A stretch of 64,000 nucleotides of DNA from Lingula anatina. Its lineage: Eukaryota > Animalia > Brachiopoda. Shown here in pieces: positions 36,833 to 50,918 of the stretch; position 1 is the first letter of the stretch; every line of letters begins with the position of its first letter. Made by a program: the position numbers and the translations under genes. The stretch spans positions 28,154,401 through 28,218,400 of the forward strand of contig CM120641.1 in the NCBI GenBank assembly GCA_051362555.1. The letters are read 5' to 3'. The notes below the pieces were generated by a model. The model was not told the DNA's origin. It ran no database searches and saw only the letters and a list, made by a program, of their open reading frames with translations.

Positions 36833-39800
36833 TTATAATCCTTGTGAGAAAATGGACGTCAGCAGTAGCTTATCTTGCAAGGCAAATTCTACTTCCTTCT
36901 CATCCAGCTTTAGGCTGACCTGAAAGAAATTTTATTTTAATTATTAGAACACATTTTACTGTCCAAATTGTATTAAGAAAAAACAGCAAAGAAAAAATAT
37001 TTTTAATTTCTATGTATATATATATTTTTTTTAATATAAAAGGCCTATGGAACTCTAACCAGCTCATAAGACATAATCAAATACACAGTACACACCTTTG
37101 TCATCCTGGTCTCTTTTGTCTTCTTTAAGCCAACAATCCCTCTGGTTTCCAGAAGTGTACAGAGACTCAGGAATTCACACTGATCTGAACTGGTCATTTG
37201 TTTCTTCTTACAAATCTTTGCATATGAGTCGTGTAACTGAAACAGAAACAAATTCAGATGTAACAAGTATTTACTTTAGTTTGTTGTGTCATTATGATAC
37301 TTAGCACAAATTTTTATCACTGAATCTTGTGCATTTGTTTTCATGAATTCAGATAAAAATCGAAAGTACAAAATGAAATCTCTTTATCAGGAAACCAATT
37401 CATCAAACCTCTTAGCATTTAATAAGTAGCCGCCATGCAATTGTTGATCTAATGTTCAAACAAAATTTTCCTTACCTTTCCCAGTGTCACCTCTTTGTTC
37501 TTGGTTTGTTTTGTAAGCAACAACAATGTGCAGACGACAATTTTCTGTTGCAGAGGGATGGTCTGTTGTTGCTCCCCCTGGGGATTGGTAACCACCCTTG
37601 AACCGTAAACATCGGATACAACATTTGCAATGTCTGCCACTCCAACTTTTCTGCGTGCTGGTGGGTTTTTTCGTGGACTGTTGCCGTCTAGAAGTATAGA
37701 AAGAATATTAATTTTTTAACAGTTTTCATTGAAGAACATATCACTGAGATGGAAAAAGTACTGTAACTGCCTTTCTTAGAACTTCTTTAGCTTAAATTAA
37801 AATGCAAAATGGTGATTTTTTTTCTTTAAAATGTTACATAAATTTTTTTTTCTTTCTAAACTATCAATACTAAAACCAACCTGAGGGTTTGAGGATGGTC
37901 TGCCTCTTGACCTGTGACTCGACCACCTCCACCGCCCTCCTGCAGACGTCCAGTGCCTTCCTCATGTCTCCGGCCACAGCAGACACCTTCCTGGCACAGA
38001 ACTGGACTGCACTGGGGTCAACAAGTGCACCATCTTCTTGACCAACCTTTATAAGAACATGCAGAATTTAAAATTAAACAGAAAAATACAAAATTGGGCC
38101 TGGTTGTAGCTACCTTTATATATAGGAAAAATTCATTAACTTGGACACATATCTAAAACACGCACATCCTAATGAGCTGTAATCTTAAATTATTATTATT
38201 ATTATAAAATAAAACTTCCATTAGTAATTCCTTGGGACTTTGAAAACTAATAACACGTTTGCTTATATTTGTTATATTAAAATAAATAATGATATTATTT
38301 TCTGAAAGAGCAACTCATAATTTGTTAAGTTTAGTCATTTTTATTATAGCAAAACATTACCTGCTTTAAGCGGTCCTGTATTATATCTGTGATTTGCTGA
38401 CGAGTATACGGGGCAAAATTGAGCAACTGTGGCTTGCACTTTGGATGTGCTTGAAGTCGAGGCAGAATACGGTCTGTCAGGTCTAACGCATTAGCAATAC
38501 CTGGTAGGAAAAAAAAAAGAGTAGAAAAATTTTTATCAATAATCAGTATACTCTGATTAAACAGTTTTAAAGAGTTGGTCTTAGTTAGAAAATTTACTTG
38601 TGATATGTAGCAGATAACCCATAAACAAAATGTCTGTCAAGCTTTAAATAAAAGGATCACTTACCAATTAAAACAAGTCTTGAATTTTCCAGCGCAGGCC
38701 ACTCGAACATTGTATACAATACATCCTGATTTTTACTGTCTAACTGATCAATCTCATCCAAGATTAATAGCCTAAATGAATGAGAAACAAGGACTTATTT
38801 ATCATACTTCATTTCTTAAAACTTACACAAATGACCATAATAAGCATTATGACAAACTTTCAACAGCTGTGTCACTGATCACAATAAGTCATGACACCAA
38901 ATTTAATTCTAACAATTAATAAACAAATAAAATAATAGAAAAATAAATAAAATTGTAATTTTTTGTTATATGAAATAGCATAGCAAGTCATGTTTTACAC
39001 GGAATTGTTTTCTTTGTACTTACACCATGGGTCCTGAAGAAGTCAGTTGTTTTTCTAAGTGTCTTACAGATTCCTTCACAGTTTTCTGTACAGACTTTCC
39101 TTGCAACTCGCTCGCAACCTTGTTGAATATGGCAGCAGAATTCTTTGCAGTCATGCAATTAATAAATATGGACTTGTGCTTGGATTTTTCCTGTAAAAAC
39201 AAAATAACAATATTTTTAACGACAAAGGACCACAATGAAAACACTTGCAAAGACTTGACGCCATCCGTATTTGACTAGCACTCTATCATAAATATATTAT
39301 ATATTATATAAATCAGTTCGTTAATAAATTTGAACACAATACCTTACCTTGTAGGTGTCCATGACACGTGAGAGCACAGCAGTCTTCCCTGTTCCTGGAG
39401 CACCAGACACGTACAGACTTCCTGACACCTGACCTAACAAGTGCTTTGTTAGGAACTTGTCAATGGTGGCAGTTTCTTTCTCTCTTCCTACTAACCTTTC
39501 AGGTGCTGCAGTGTGGAGAACCTTCTTCACTCGCTGGTAACAACGACCTGTTAGGGAAAACGAGTTTGGCAATCATTTTTTTTGGTAGTGCAGGCAAAGT
39601 TATTGTAATACCAATGACAGTCTATCCTTTTCCCTTTTGAATAAAACTTCTACAGTTTTATAAAACTGATTGCATATTCTGTAATTTTATCCCAGCAAAG
39701 ATTTTAGTTATGACATTTTCATCATGACAAATACAGAATTGCACTACATTATAAAGACCTGGTAATAACATGTCTTATTATTTTACTGTTAGATATTCAG

Positions 39801-40705
39801 ATGGACTACACTTAAGACTTAATGCAACATGGCATCTTACCTTCTTGCCTGCAAATTTTGATAGGAGAAACATGCTGATCTTTGGTGTCATCATCCTGAA
39901 GAAGACGTTTTCTTGGACTTGGTACATTCTCCTTCTTGCACGAGTTGCTGGTCTTTACAGGGGTTTTCAAAGGACTATTAATTTTCACAGGAGTTTTCAG
40001 TGGACTTTTGATTTTTATAGGAGTTTTTAAAGGGCTACTGACTGCAATGGGGACTTTCAAAGGGCTGGTTTTCATGGGAGTTTCTCTAAGTGACCTCTTC
40101 CTTGGACTAGATTCATTTTCTTTTGAAGAAGCACTGCTGACCTTCAGTGTGGATTTTGCAGGACAGTTAACATTTGTGAAATTCTTTAAGGCAGTACTCT
40201 CTTCTAGAGTTCTCTTCCTGGGGCTTAAGACATCTCTGTCAATCACAGATGTAATTTTTACTGGACTGGTAAGGCTGCTGATCTTTACAGGGCTTTTCAA
40301 TGGACTTTTTATCAAGCAAACTCGTGGTTCCAATTTCAATGGAGTTTCTGCGGAATGTGCATTTTCACATTGCTCCGTCTTCTTTGTCTTTCTTGTTGAC
40401 CTCCTGCCAGTAACAGGCGCCTTCACATCTAAAATATAAAAACAACAGACCTAAATACATGTCAGTTTTACAATAAAAAATATTTCAAAGGAACTTAATT
40501 ACACTGTCAAAACACTTTTAGAAAATTTTACAGCTGCACAATAATAATAATAATAATAATACACACCTGACTTCACTTGTACTGGATAAACATTAGGATC
40601 TGGCACCTCTTTTGTTTCAGCAGCTGTGTCAGTTGTCTTTCCCCTTAGTCGGCTGCTCTTCCTGACAGGAAATTCAAGCTTTCTCTGGCATGCTCTGGTG
40701 GCCAT
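36833..40705 (-). CDS. CDC6: Cell division control protein 6 (AAA+ replication licensing factor), multi-exon
   Basis: [13 protein letters not shown] (Walker A), [10 protein letters not shown] (Walker B), [56 protein letters not shown] and winged-helix [11 protein letters not shown]. Ends ...SIFSQGL* at 36833. A 5' UTR exon donor lies near 41650. Confidence 0.96.
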
Positions 40706-41734
40706 ATTATCACAGTCAAGCTAAGAGAAATAAAGAGGTTTTGTTTAGATGACAACTATGTTATTAAGTTGGATGGACTTAAATATTTTGATTGGTGCAA
40801 AGAATGCTAATAAAGCAGTGCCCTCAGCCTTTGCCCTGATTTTTTTTTTTAATCTGCTTCTTTTTCATTTATAAATACAAAGTTGAAATCTCACTGAATT
40901 TTTGCTTGCATTGCCATTACATAGCACAGTCAGGCATCAGTGGTTCATACAGCAACATTTGAAACAAATTCAAGGACTTTTGAGTCTTTAATTCAGGCAA
41001 ATTTAGAATGTAAGCTAGGGAATCTTAATGTCATTTTTTTTACACACTGACAATGAAATGCAAGTTATTAACTACCACACAAGAATAAAAGTGAGATGTG
41101 TGGAAATTTAAGGGACTATTCTCCCCTTCTAGTTACTTAGATCGAATTATTGTTTACTTGATATTATACAAGGTAGAAATTAATTTGGTAAGTTGCCTAT
41201 CGATCATATTCCGAGTACTCTTCAAAACAGAAATTATTTTAAGGCCAAAAGCAATTTCAAGTGCTTTCCATTGGACCAATGCCATAAACTGAATTCTAGG
41301 ACCCAAGGGCAAATACAGAGCTGAACTCGAGCACTTCTCATTTAATGCTGGTATAAATCCTAGCTAAATATCAATTGGGTCATTTTATTTGATTTTAGAT
41401 TCACCAACTGATCAACCAAGCCTAGAATAAGTGCACAATGTACCACAGAGCACAAACTTTTGTCATCAATGTGTTGAACATATCGTTATTGACGAGGCCT
41501 CGAAGGTCAACAACACAATGCTGGTCCTGTCTCTTTAAATCGGGCAGTCTTTAAATTTCTACAAAAGCGTGAAACGAACACCCAAACTTCCATTGATGTA
41601 CAAAAAAGGTCCAGTTTAGTGAAACCACGATCATGTAATACACTACTTACCACTAAATCCAGAGGTTTGAGTCATAAATTCACTAGTGTTTAAAAGGTTG
41701 CATTCGTCGCTGTGTACAATCATACAGCTGAATA

Positions 41735-41803
41735 TTCGCGGGAAGTTGTGCGATGCTGTAAACTGATTGGCTAGCAATTCGGACGTGACGTCAGGCGCGG
41801 GAA
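41735..41803. promoter_or_regulatory. CDC6/CWC22 divergent promoter with two E2F sites, a CCAAT box and a CRE
   Basis: TTCGCGGGAA 41735-41744, ATTGG 41766-41770, TGACGTCA 41786-41793 and GGCGCGGGAA 41794-41803, in a CpG-rich patch between head-to-head genes. Confidence 0.7.
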
Positions 41804-42063
41804 TCTTACATACAATAGCACGCAAAAATAGAAAATATGGGAAGAATTTTTTTGACATTGAAATATCTCTAGATATTCCTAATTGGCTTCATATTGATAT
41901 GTTTTAGAGTTTTTAGTCTATTTTAATAATTTAAGTCTTATTTGATAAAGTTGGGCTATCATAGTTTTAGCTTGCAGTAGTCCCTACATCCGGCTGTCTG
42001 TGCGTCCTCGAAAACGTAGTGCAGTTTAGAAGGCATCATTGTGGTAGGATTTAGCTTCGTGAA

Positions 42064-45000
42064 ATGGCACACAGGTAAGATTACAAAAGGTATATCCTAC
42101 ACAATAATGTCGATGGTAACCACTTGTCCGACATGGACAAAGATATTCGAAAAATATTTTAATTATTGCTAGATTTTTAATTGAATTCGCATTGACGCAC
42201 TTGAATGTAAAAAGTTGATTTAAATTAAAATTTGCCTCCTAGTCTAACTACTTCTGGATCTCGTATACCTCTGTTACATACCAGGTCAATTGTCCAATTT
42301 TTTTCCAGATTCAGAGGTGGCAGCACAGGCAGTGATGAGTCCAGCAGTGATGAAGATGACAGGAGAGGGAGGATGCTAAGGAGTACAATATCAAGTATAA
42401 AGGTGGGTACCCGCTTTCGCAGACACCTGTATGAAAGGGAAGTGTATGCAACACTTACAGCTTAGATTGACTGCATGTGGTTGCAGACAGCTAGGTGTGC
42501 AGTTCGTGAACTGTAACGAAGAAGTGAAGAAAATGGAGCGTTTTTAACTGGTAATTTTAATCCCCAAAATGTCATTACATTTATTTCAGCAGACTGTATG
42601 GTATGGTTAAATGCATAAAGCATCATTTCTTTGATAATTGAGTAAGTTCTCATTGGCCTTGAAATAGCGGTTAAATTCCAACTTGCCATTCCCAATGGCT
42701 TGCAATTTATTTTTTGATATCCAGGCCTTTTCCCTAGCAGGCAGTTTTAAGTTGCTGCCATTTATCAAGGGAGATTTCTTGTCATAAGTTAGAAAGGAAA
42801 GTGAAAAGTGCTTATGTCACTTACATTTGAATGTTTTTTTTAATTCGTTGTCTAGTACATGAACATTGGCATTTGAATATTCAAAACATTGTTGAATTAC
42901 CCCTTTTTAAGAGAAGTGAGAAGTTTTTTTATGAAGAGTAATGCAGATGCTTTGTACAGTTCAAGTTTTCTTTTCCTTCTTATTGAATGATGTTATTATG
43001 GTATATTTTATCTAATCGTAGAGACCATCGCCTAAAAAGACAGTCGATGCAACTCCTCCAAGGTAAGGATATTAACTAGCTGGAGAGATGGAATATTTAT
43101 CTACATAGTAACTTCATATTTTCATAATAATTGTTGTCATATTTGGTAGTGAGACTGTAAGAATCATGTTACTTTATTTCAAAGTAAGTACTGCAGGAGA
43201 AACAAACTTGATATTTTTTTTTTTACAAACCAGTTATGTGTATTTAGTACAATGTTTATATTGGATAATATATAATGGACAATATAGTGTATAATACTGT
43301 TGATAGCCAAATGCTTTTAATGATATGTAGGTCAAGATCAGGATCAGTGGAAAGTGGAGAGAGATCTGAAAGTGAAACAGAACAGAGGAAACATGATGCA
43401 AGGACACCATCAGCCTCCCCACCACCTACCAAGAGAAAGAGGAGCAGGTCAAAATCGCCAGACGAGGAAAAACACAAAGATGATAGAGATAAAAGTAAGT
43501 CCCCAGATCAAGACAGGAGGAAGAGGGATCGAAGCAGAGACAGGTATAGAGATCGCGGAGATTATAACCACCACAGGGAGAGGTCACATTATGACCGGGA
43601 TTCCAGGAATAGATATGACAATAGGCGGGAAGAGGACAGATATAATGACAGAAGGGACAGGTATTACGACAGACAGGATCATCACAGGAATAGAAGAGAT
43701 GACAGGGAAAGCAGGAAAAGAAGACACGATGATGATGAAGATAGCAGAAGGGACAGGAGGAAGAGGAGGAGTCCAGGTGAGGAAGAGGATGATAAAGAGA
43801 ACAAAAGGGACGAAGAGAAAAAAGGGAGAGACAAAGATTCCAGGTTTGTTTACTATTGTGGAATTTAAATTAAAATATGATTAACAGGGAACTTGTAATT
43901 ATTACTGAACTGAATTCAAATATAGCTGTAATCTTATGTGTTAAGACATTTATCACATTTAGCTTATTGAATCTATAAATTATTGACCAAAAATGAGGTT
44001 GGCAGTGGTGTTTAGAGACAAAAATTCCATTTCAAAATATCTACATTTAATAACTGTTATTTTCAGGGAAAATACAGTGGGCACAGGCAACAGTACTGAC
44101 ACTCCACAAAATCCTCCACCAGCAAAGAAGTCCAAGGATGACCTGTTGAATACAAGAACTGGTGGAGCCTATATACCTCCTGCCAGACTGAGGATGATGC
44201 AGGCTCAAATCACTGATAAAAGCAGGTATGGAGGATAGTGTTCTTGTTCTGACTACATGAACTCAGACTGTCTAACAAAGACAATTCAGCGGTCATTTTG
44301 CATTGTAAAATTCCCTTCTTTATTTTTTTTCTTTTTTACCCCCACCCCCTCTAATCACCAGGAACACCCAGACAACAGTGCTAGTCTGCTGATATACTTA
44401 CTATACTGCATGATACTCTGTGCAGCCCTTTCTTAGTAATTATAAAAATCTTTTATTAATTGAAAAACTTGAGTTAATAAACATTGACTTGTGTGATTCT
44501 ATGTTAAATAGCAGTTTAAAATTATCATTTTCAGTGAACAGTATCAGAGGATCTCATGGGAGGCATTAAAGAAAAGTTTGAATGGTCTCATCAACAAAGT
44601 CAATGTGTCAAATATTTCTGAGATTATCAGAGAGCTTTTCCAGGAAAACATCGTGAGGGGGAGGTAAGTTAAAAATGGAAAATATTATTATTGCACCTTA
44701 TAATTACTATAGCTGATAGATCAGCCTTTGGTTCTAACAATCTTTTAAGTGAATTAGAGTTAAAAGTTATTGTTGAACGCTGCTTAATAATTTCCCATTT
44801 GTTATTATCATCATATTAAAAGGTTATTGTTCGCTTAAGAATTATCAGAGCTTTTTCATGTCAATCATTTTATGAAGGTAAAATTTATACAATTTCAATG
44901 TTTTTAATGTCAATCATTTCATGAAGGTAAAATTTATACAATTTCAGGGGACTTCTTACTCGTTCCATGATCCAAGCACAGGCAGCCTCCCCCACTTTTA

Positions 45001-47196
45001 CCCATGTCTATGCAGCACTAGTAGCAATCATCAATACTAAGGTTAGGAGAACAGTGAGAATTAGCAGAGCCTTAAATGTTATACACATGTAATTTTGTAT
45101 TGTTAAAGTGAAAGTTAGTGTTATTTTGTCAAAAAAAAAAATTATAATCTTATCTGTTAGAAATTGATGTGACAGTGGTTAGCTTAGGTTTGTAACTCCA
45201 AGTTTTCACTTGGGATGTTTTGCATATTATTGAGAGTCCTCTAAATAATTTGTTGAGAACTAAAGCACTATTTTATATTTTGTTTAGCAAATTCATTCCT
45301 TGAGAGCAGATGTGTAAGGACTGATGAATTAAATGGAAACCTTCATTTATTAATTAACAATTTTGAAACCTCTTTTTATTTTCTAGTTCCCAAATATTGG
45401 TGAGCTCATATTGAAGAGGTTGATTATCCAGTTCAAAAGAGGTTTCCGTAGAAATGACAAGAACATCTGCCTTACTGCTACTCGGTTTATAGCTCATTTG
45501 GTTAACCAGCAAGTGGTAAGTATTTATATATATATTAATTTGTGACTTGGTATTAACCACTCATGTTTTTTCCTTTACTATACACAAGAAGTAAAAGTGC
45601 TTTAAAATTGCTTGAGTCTTTCATGGAGTAAATATACAGTTCATGTTAAAATGGGTATGAAAGGCTTTATTGTGAATCTTCTTCTCTCTTCAGGCCCATG
45701 AGGTAGTGGCACTGGAGATCTTGACACTTTTGCTAGAAAATCCAACTGATGACTCTGTGGAAGTGGCCATCAATTTCCTCAAGGAATGTGGCCAGAAACT
45801 CACTGAGGTATCACCACGTGGAATCCATGCAATCTTTGAAAGGTTGCGCAATGTTTTACACGAGGGAAGCATTGACAAGCGCACACAGTACATGATAGAA
45901 GTCATGTTCGCTGTCAGGAAAGATGGCTTCAAGGTATTCTTATGTCTTTCTCAAACATATAAAAAGATTGATTGTTTTTTTGGTGATTTTTATTTTAATT
46001 ACAGTGATTTTGACTGAAAGTTTATGTGTTTTGGTATATTGATGTCAAAGTGATACCTTCATTCTGTTAAATGAAAATTAATTCATATCTTGATGGGATA
46101 AGCTCTCTTGTTCATCCATTATTTAATGGATAGTATTTTTCTTGTTCAATGTTCATCCACATTTACCCTTTTCAGGACCACCCAGCTGTGCCAGAGGAGC
46201 TGGACCTTGTTGAAGAGGATGACCAGTTTACCCACCTGACCATGCTGGATGAGGCAGTGAATGGAGAGGAGATGCTGAGTAAGTGAATAGTTGAGTGGAA
46301 TAGTTGAAAGGCATCTGGTGTGGAAAAATAAAGTAGTGAGAGGAAGAGAAGTCACAATGATTGCAAAAACTAAGAATTAAAAAATTGCAGAAAGTGAAGA
46401 CATGATTATTGTAGAAACTAGTACAGACATGAAAATAGTGTTTTGAAATATGAAAATGTCACCATACTTTTCTACTGTTGGTTTATTCATTTTAGTTGAA
46501 TATTGATGACAGCAAGTTGTATGATTCTGTATAAATATGTGAAGTATATGTAACAGATGACAAATCAAAAGTTTTGACTTAATCATTATAATGTAAGCAA
46601 GAAGCCATTCATCTGTTTCTAATGATTTATGTGTTTAGATATAAAAAGATAGAGTTGCAGAGTACATTCAGAAATTATTTTGATTAGTTTCTGTGGTCAT
46701 TTTGACATGTACTAAACATGTTTTTTTTTCTTTTCAGATGTATTTAAGAATGACCCAGAATATTTGGAAAATGAAGAAAAATATAAAACAATCAAAAGAG
46801 GTAACTTCAGTGATTCATCACGTAATATGTGTACTTTTTCAAGCAAATATTTCATTGTTTTAAAGGTATTCATTTATTCATTCATTTATTTATCTTAAAT
46901 ATTTACTGCATATTAATGAAAAATAAGGAAACTTACATCAGTGCATTTTTAAAGAATATTTGCTGCTGTTTTGAGTGTGAAGAATTATGAGGCACATCAA
47001 GTGTGCTGCAATGTTGATAATTCATCCAGAACTTGTTTAAGTTTAACAATTCACTTTCCAGTGGTTTTCCGATTAAGATTATTTCTTTGCTTCAGGTATT
47101 CTTGATGAAAGCAGTTCGGATGAGGAAGGTTCTGGCAGTGGAAGTAGCTCCTCTGATGACAGTGATGATGAAGAGGATGAGGAAGGTAAGATGAGG

Positions 47197-47235
<39 letters not shown>

Positions 47236-50200
47236 CTTAAATTTTCCCTCATCCCCACTGTATCTTTGAAATGGTGTCCTTATTTCAACTTTAGGAACTG
47301 GAACATTCTGTGAAAATTAATTTCTTATTTTTTGCACTTTCTTCAGGAAGGAGTTGCATTGTGAACTCTCTCTCATCCCTGTTTTGTCTTCACCTTTTGA
47401 ACCCACATAATTGTTATGGGATATAAAATCACATCCTACTTGAATTTTGCTACTTACAAAAGTATTTTTCAATTGCTTTAATTAAAAGCGTGTTTTTGAA
47501 AATGAAATGTTTCCAGATGCAGAGAAGCAGCAACAGATCATAGATCAGACAGAGACCAACATGATAGCGTTCCGCCGCACTGTCTACCTGACCTTGCAAT
47601 CCAGTCTGGACTTTGAGGAATGTGCACACAAGCTGCTCAAGATGGAGATCAAGCCTGGTTATGAGGTATCTGTGTGCCTTGTTTCACTGAGACTTATCAA
47701 GGTTTTTGATTTTTGTGGAAAGATGTCTTTGAAATTTGTGTTAGATCATAAACAGTGCGCCAACAACAAAATTGTGTTTCTTTTGTGATTTATGTCAGTA
47801 AGATTGGTAATTATATTTTAATGAAGGATTGAGTGTTAGGTTCTAAATTGATTTTGGGTTTGATTTGCTTGTTTAGTGAGTACATCTGTCAAAATATATT
47901 TACATAGTCATTAAGACATTACATGTGATTGTGATTTAAGAAAGTGTCTGATGGAGTAGTGTTTTAACATTACAGAAAGAACTGTGCAACATGATCCTGG
48001 ATTGCTGTGCACAGCTGAGAACATATGAGAAATTCTATGGACTTCTTGCACAGGTGAGTTGATTGGTAAAACAGAGTATCGTAGATCACATAAATAATAC
48101 ACAGGATGACATATCTGTTTGTCTTCTTGTTCCTTTTTTGCCTCGTCCAGTTTTCAAAGCATGATTTTCATTTTGTTTCATTTCCAGAGATTCTGCATGC
48201 TGGACCGCAAGTACATAGAACCCTACCAGGATATCTTTGAAGAGCAGTATACAGCTATTCACCGCCTGGAGACCAACAAGTTAAGAAATGTAGCCAAATT
48301 TTTTGCACACTTGCTATTCACAGATGCAATACCTTGGACAGTAAGTGCTCATATATGTTGTGTTCAGATATGACATGTACTTATGATATTGATGATAATA
48401 ATATGGTAATGCATAATTTGATAATACAAGTATATAATGTGCACTTATAAAAGGTATAACCAGAGAACTTCTTTGTACACATAGTGATTTTAAAATGGGA
48501 TTTAATTTGAATTGGGTTATAGGAAAAATACATGAGTTATTTTGCAAAGGGTTTTTGCAAACTTTTGGTTTAGTTATTCAGCACTAATTATAAATACTGT
48601 ATCTCTTTGCTTTGTATTCTAGGTTCTTCAAATTATCAAATTGAATGAAGATGACACCACCTCATCCAGTCGTATCTTCATCAAGATCTTATTTCAGGAG
48701 TTGTGTGAATACATGGGATTGGCCAAGCTCAATGACAGGCTCAAAGACCCGTATGTACAAATTGTTTGTAATATCATTAAAAGATAAGATTAAAAAAAAT
48801 TTGGTCCCATTTTCTGAAGTTTTAAAATATCCCCTTTGTTTAATTAATCAAGCTGTCCAGTAATTCCTGAATCTTAATGAGCTGAAGGGCCATTGGATTT
48901 ATGCCTAAGTCTGATATGCTTATTAACAAAAAATAGACCATCTAAACTTTAGTCTAATGAAAGAGGGGTTTGTGAGCAGTTTCCTATTTGCAGAAAGAGG
49001 TGTAGAGATTTTTGGGAAAAAAAGTTTACTCGTTCAAGACTAGTCAATATTAAGGTTGATAAATTTTTGGGCTTGAAGAGATTAATTTGGTCTAATAACT
49101 TTTGAGGAATAGCAAGCTTGTTAATTAAAAAAGTGTTTCTTACACTGCTCTTGTATTATATCATTGATATCTTAAAATTTATATTCTTATTATGTTGGAC
49201 GTTGAATTTTTATACAAATTAAATATTTGAGTAAGGTATTAGTTCAATCATTTTTCACTGTATTTTAGGACCCTACAAGAGTTCTTTGAAGGTCTTTTCC
49301 CAAGGGATAACCCTAGAAATGCAAGATTTGCCATCAATTTCTTCACATCCATAGGCCTAGGGGGACTTACGTAAGTTCTGTTTTATTAATTAATTAGTTT
49401 TTTAGTGATTGTTTTTTTTTATATATCAAAGATTACTTAGAACAGGGATTTTTCGATGTTTTTGTATAATTCTCTAGTATAATATCCTCAGTTAAAAAAA
49501 GTAGTTTCTATGAAATTTTTAATAAATTGGCTAAACAAAAGAATTTTCATAAAGTTGAAAAATTTGCACAAGATAGATTGCCAATGGTTTACATTAATTT
49601 GATTTTGTTTAAAAATAACTTTAGAATGTGATTTATATCACTTGAAATGAATCAATCTATTTTCTTTATATTTTACACTACCAGTTAACCAAACTTGAAG
49701 ATATTTTGGGTATTTTTCTCCTAGGGATGAGTTGAGGGAACACTTAAAGAACATGCCAAAGGTGACCATGTTACAACAGCCCCAGCAAGCTGAGGGAGCT
49801 GAAGGAGACCAGAGCAGCAGCAGCAGCAGCAGTGATAGTAGTAGCTCTGACAGCTCCAGCGGAGAGAGTTCCAGCGATGACTCCAGTTCAGACAGCTCAG
49901 ATGATGAAGACTCTAGTAGTTCTAGTAGCAGTTCAGATTCCTCAGGTATGTGATCTAATCCCTTTAAATGCCCACATCTTTAAATGCCCTCATCTTTTTG
50001 TCATACAGTGAACTCATTTTAGAAATATTCCTGAAGGGTAAGCTTTTATGTATACTTCACATTTTTCCTCAAGAAAATGCAACAAGGATTGCTTAAAAAT
50101 ATTTGTATTCATCTTTGGTCACTGTTTATTTAGTCTTCTATCTACAGCATAGAGATTAACAAGTAGTTTCCAAAGCAGGCATTTAATTATTGCTTTTATT

Positions 50201-50918
50201 TCCAGATTCAGAATCTGAAACTGAGGCAAGAAAGCGAAATAAGAAAAAGACCACTAAGAAAGTTGTAGAAGATAAACTTACTGAAAGAAGAAGGAAGCAC
50301 AGGGAAGAGGAAGAAGAACCAAAGCATAGAAGAAATCGCAAGGAGGAAGAGGATGACAGACCAAATAAGCGAGACAGAGGCAGAAATCAGGAAGAAGATG
50401 GCAATAGGAAAACTGAAAGACGAAAAAGAAGGGCAGAAGGGGAACAAAATGGGAATGAACTTCTTCGCCAAAGGAGAGAGGAAAATGGGGAAAGATCTTC
50501 TGATCGTAGGCGAAGAGAAGAAAATGGGGATGATGACAGACCACGCAGAATGAGAGAAGAGCGTGAAGAGGAAAGTGAAGAACCCAATCGTAGTAAGCGG
50601 AGGGCAGAAAAAAGGGAAAATTCTGTAGAAAGAGATCCTAGAAATGAATGTAGAAGAGCAGATAGACATGATGGAGAAAATGAAGTAAGAAAAGAACGCA
50701 GTTCAGGTAGAAACAAAGAAAGAGGCCAAAATAAAACGAGAGATCGTGATAGTGTTGAAAGTGATGATCGTGAAAAAACACGTGATAAAATGAGGACTAA
50801 GGAAAGAAAACATTCAGAACGGGAAAGAGATGGAGATACAAGACGTGAAAGACATGAACGCAATAGGCAACGAAGATCAGAATCTGAAGAAGATAACCGC
50901 AGCAGGCGTAGACGATAG
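42064..50918 (+). CDS. CWC22: Pre-mRNA-splicing factor CWC22 (MIF4G + MA3), multi-exon
   Basis: [107 protein letters not shown] and [29 protein letters not shown]-rich termini. In-frame 5' exons from ATG 42064. Confidence 0.97.
47199..47233. repeat. (GT)n microsatellite
   Basis: Seen directly. Confidence 0.9.
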
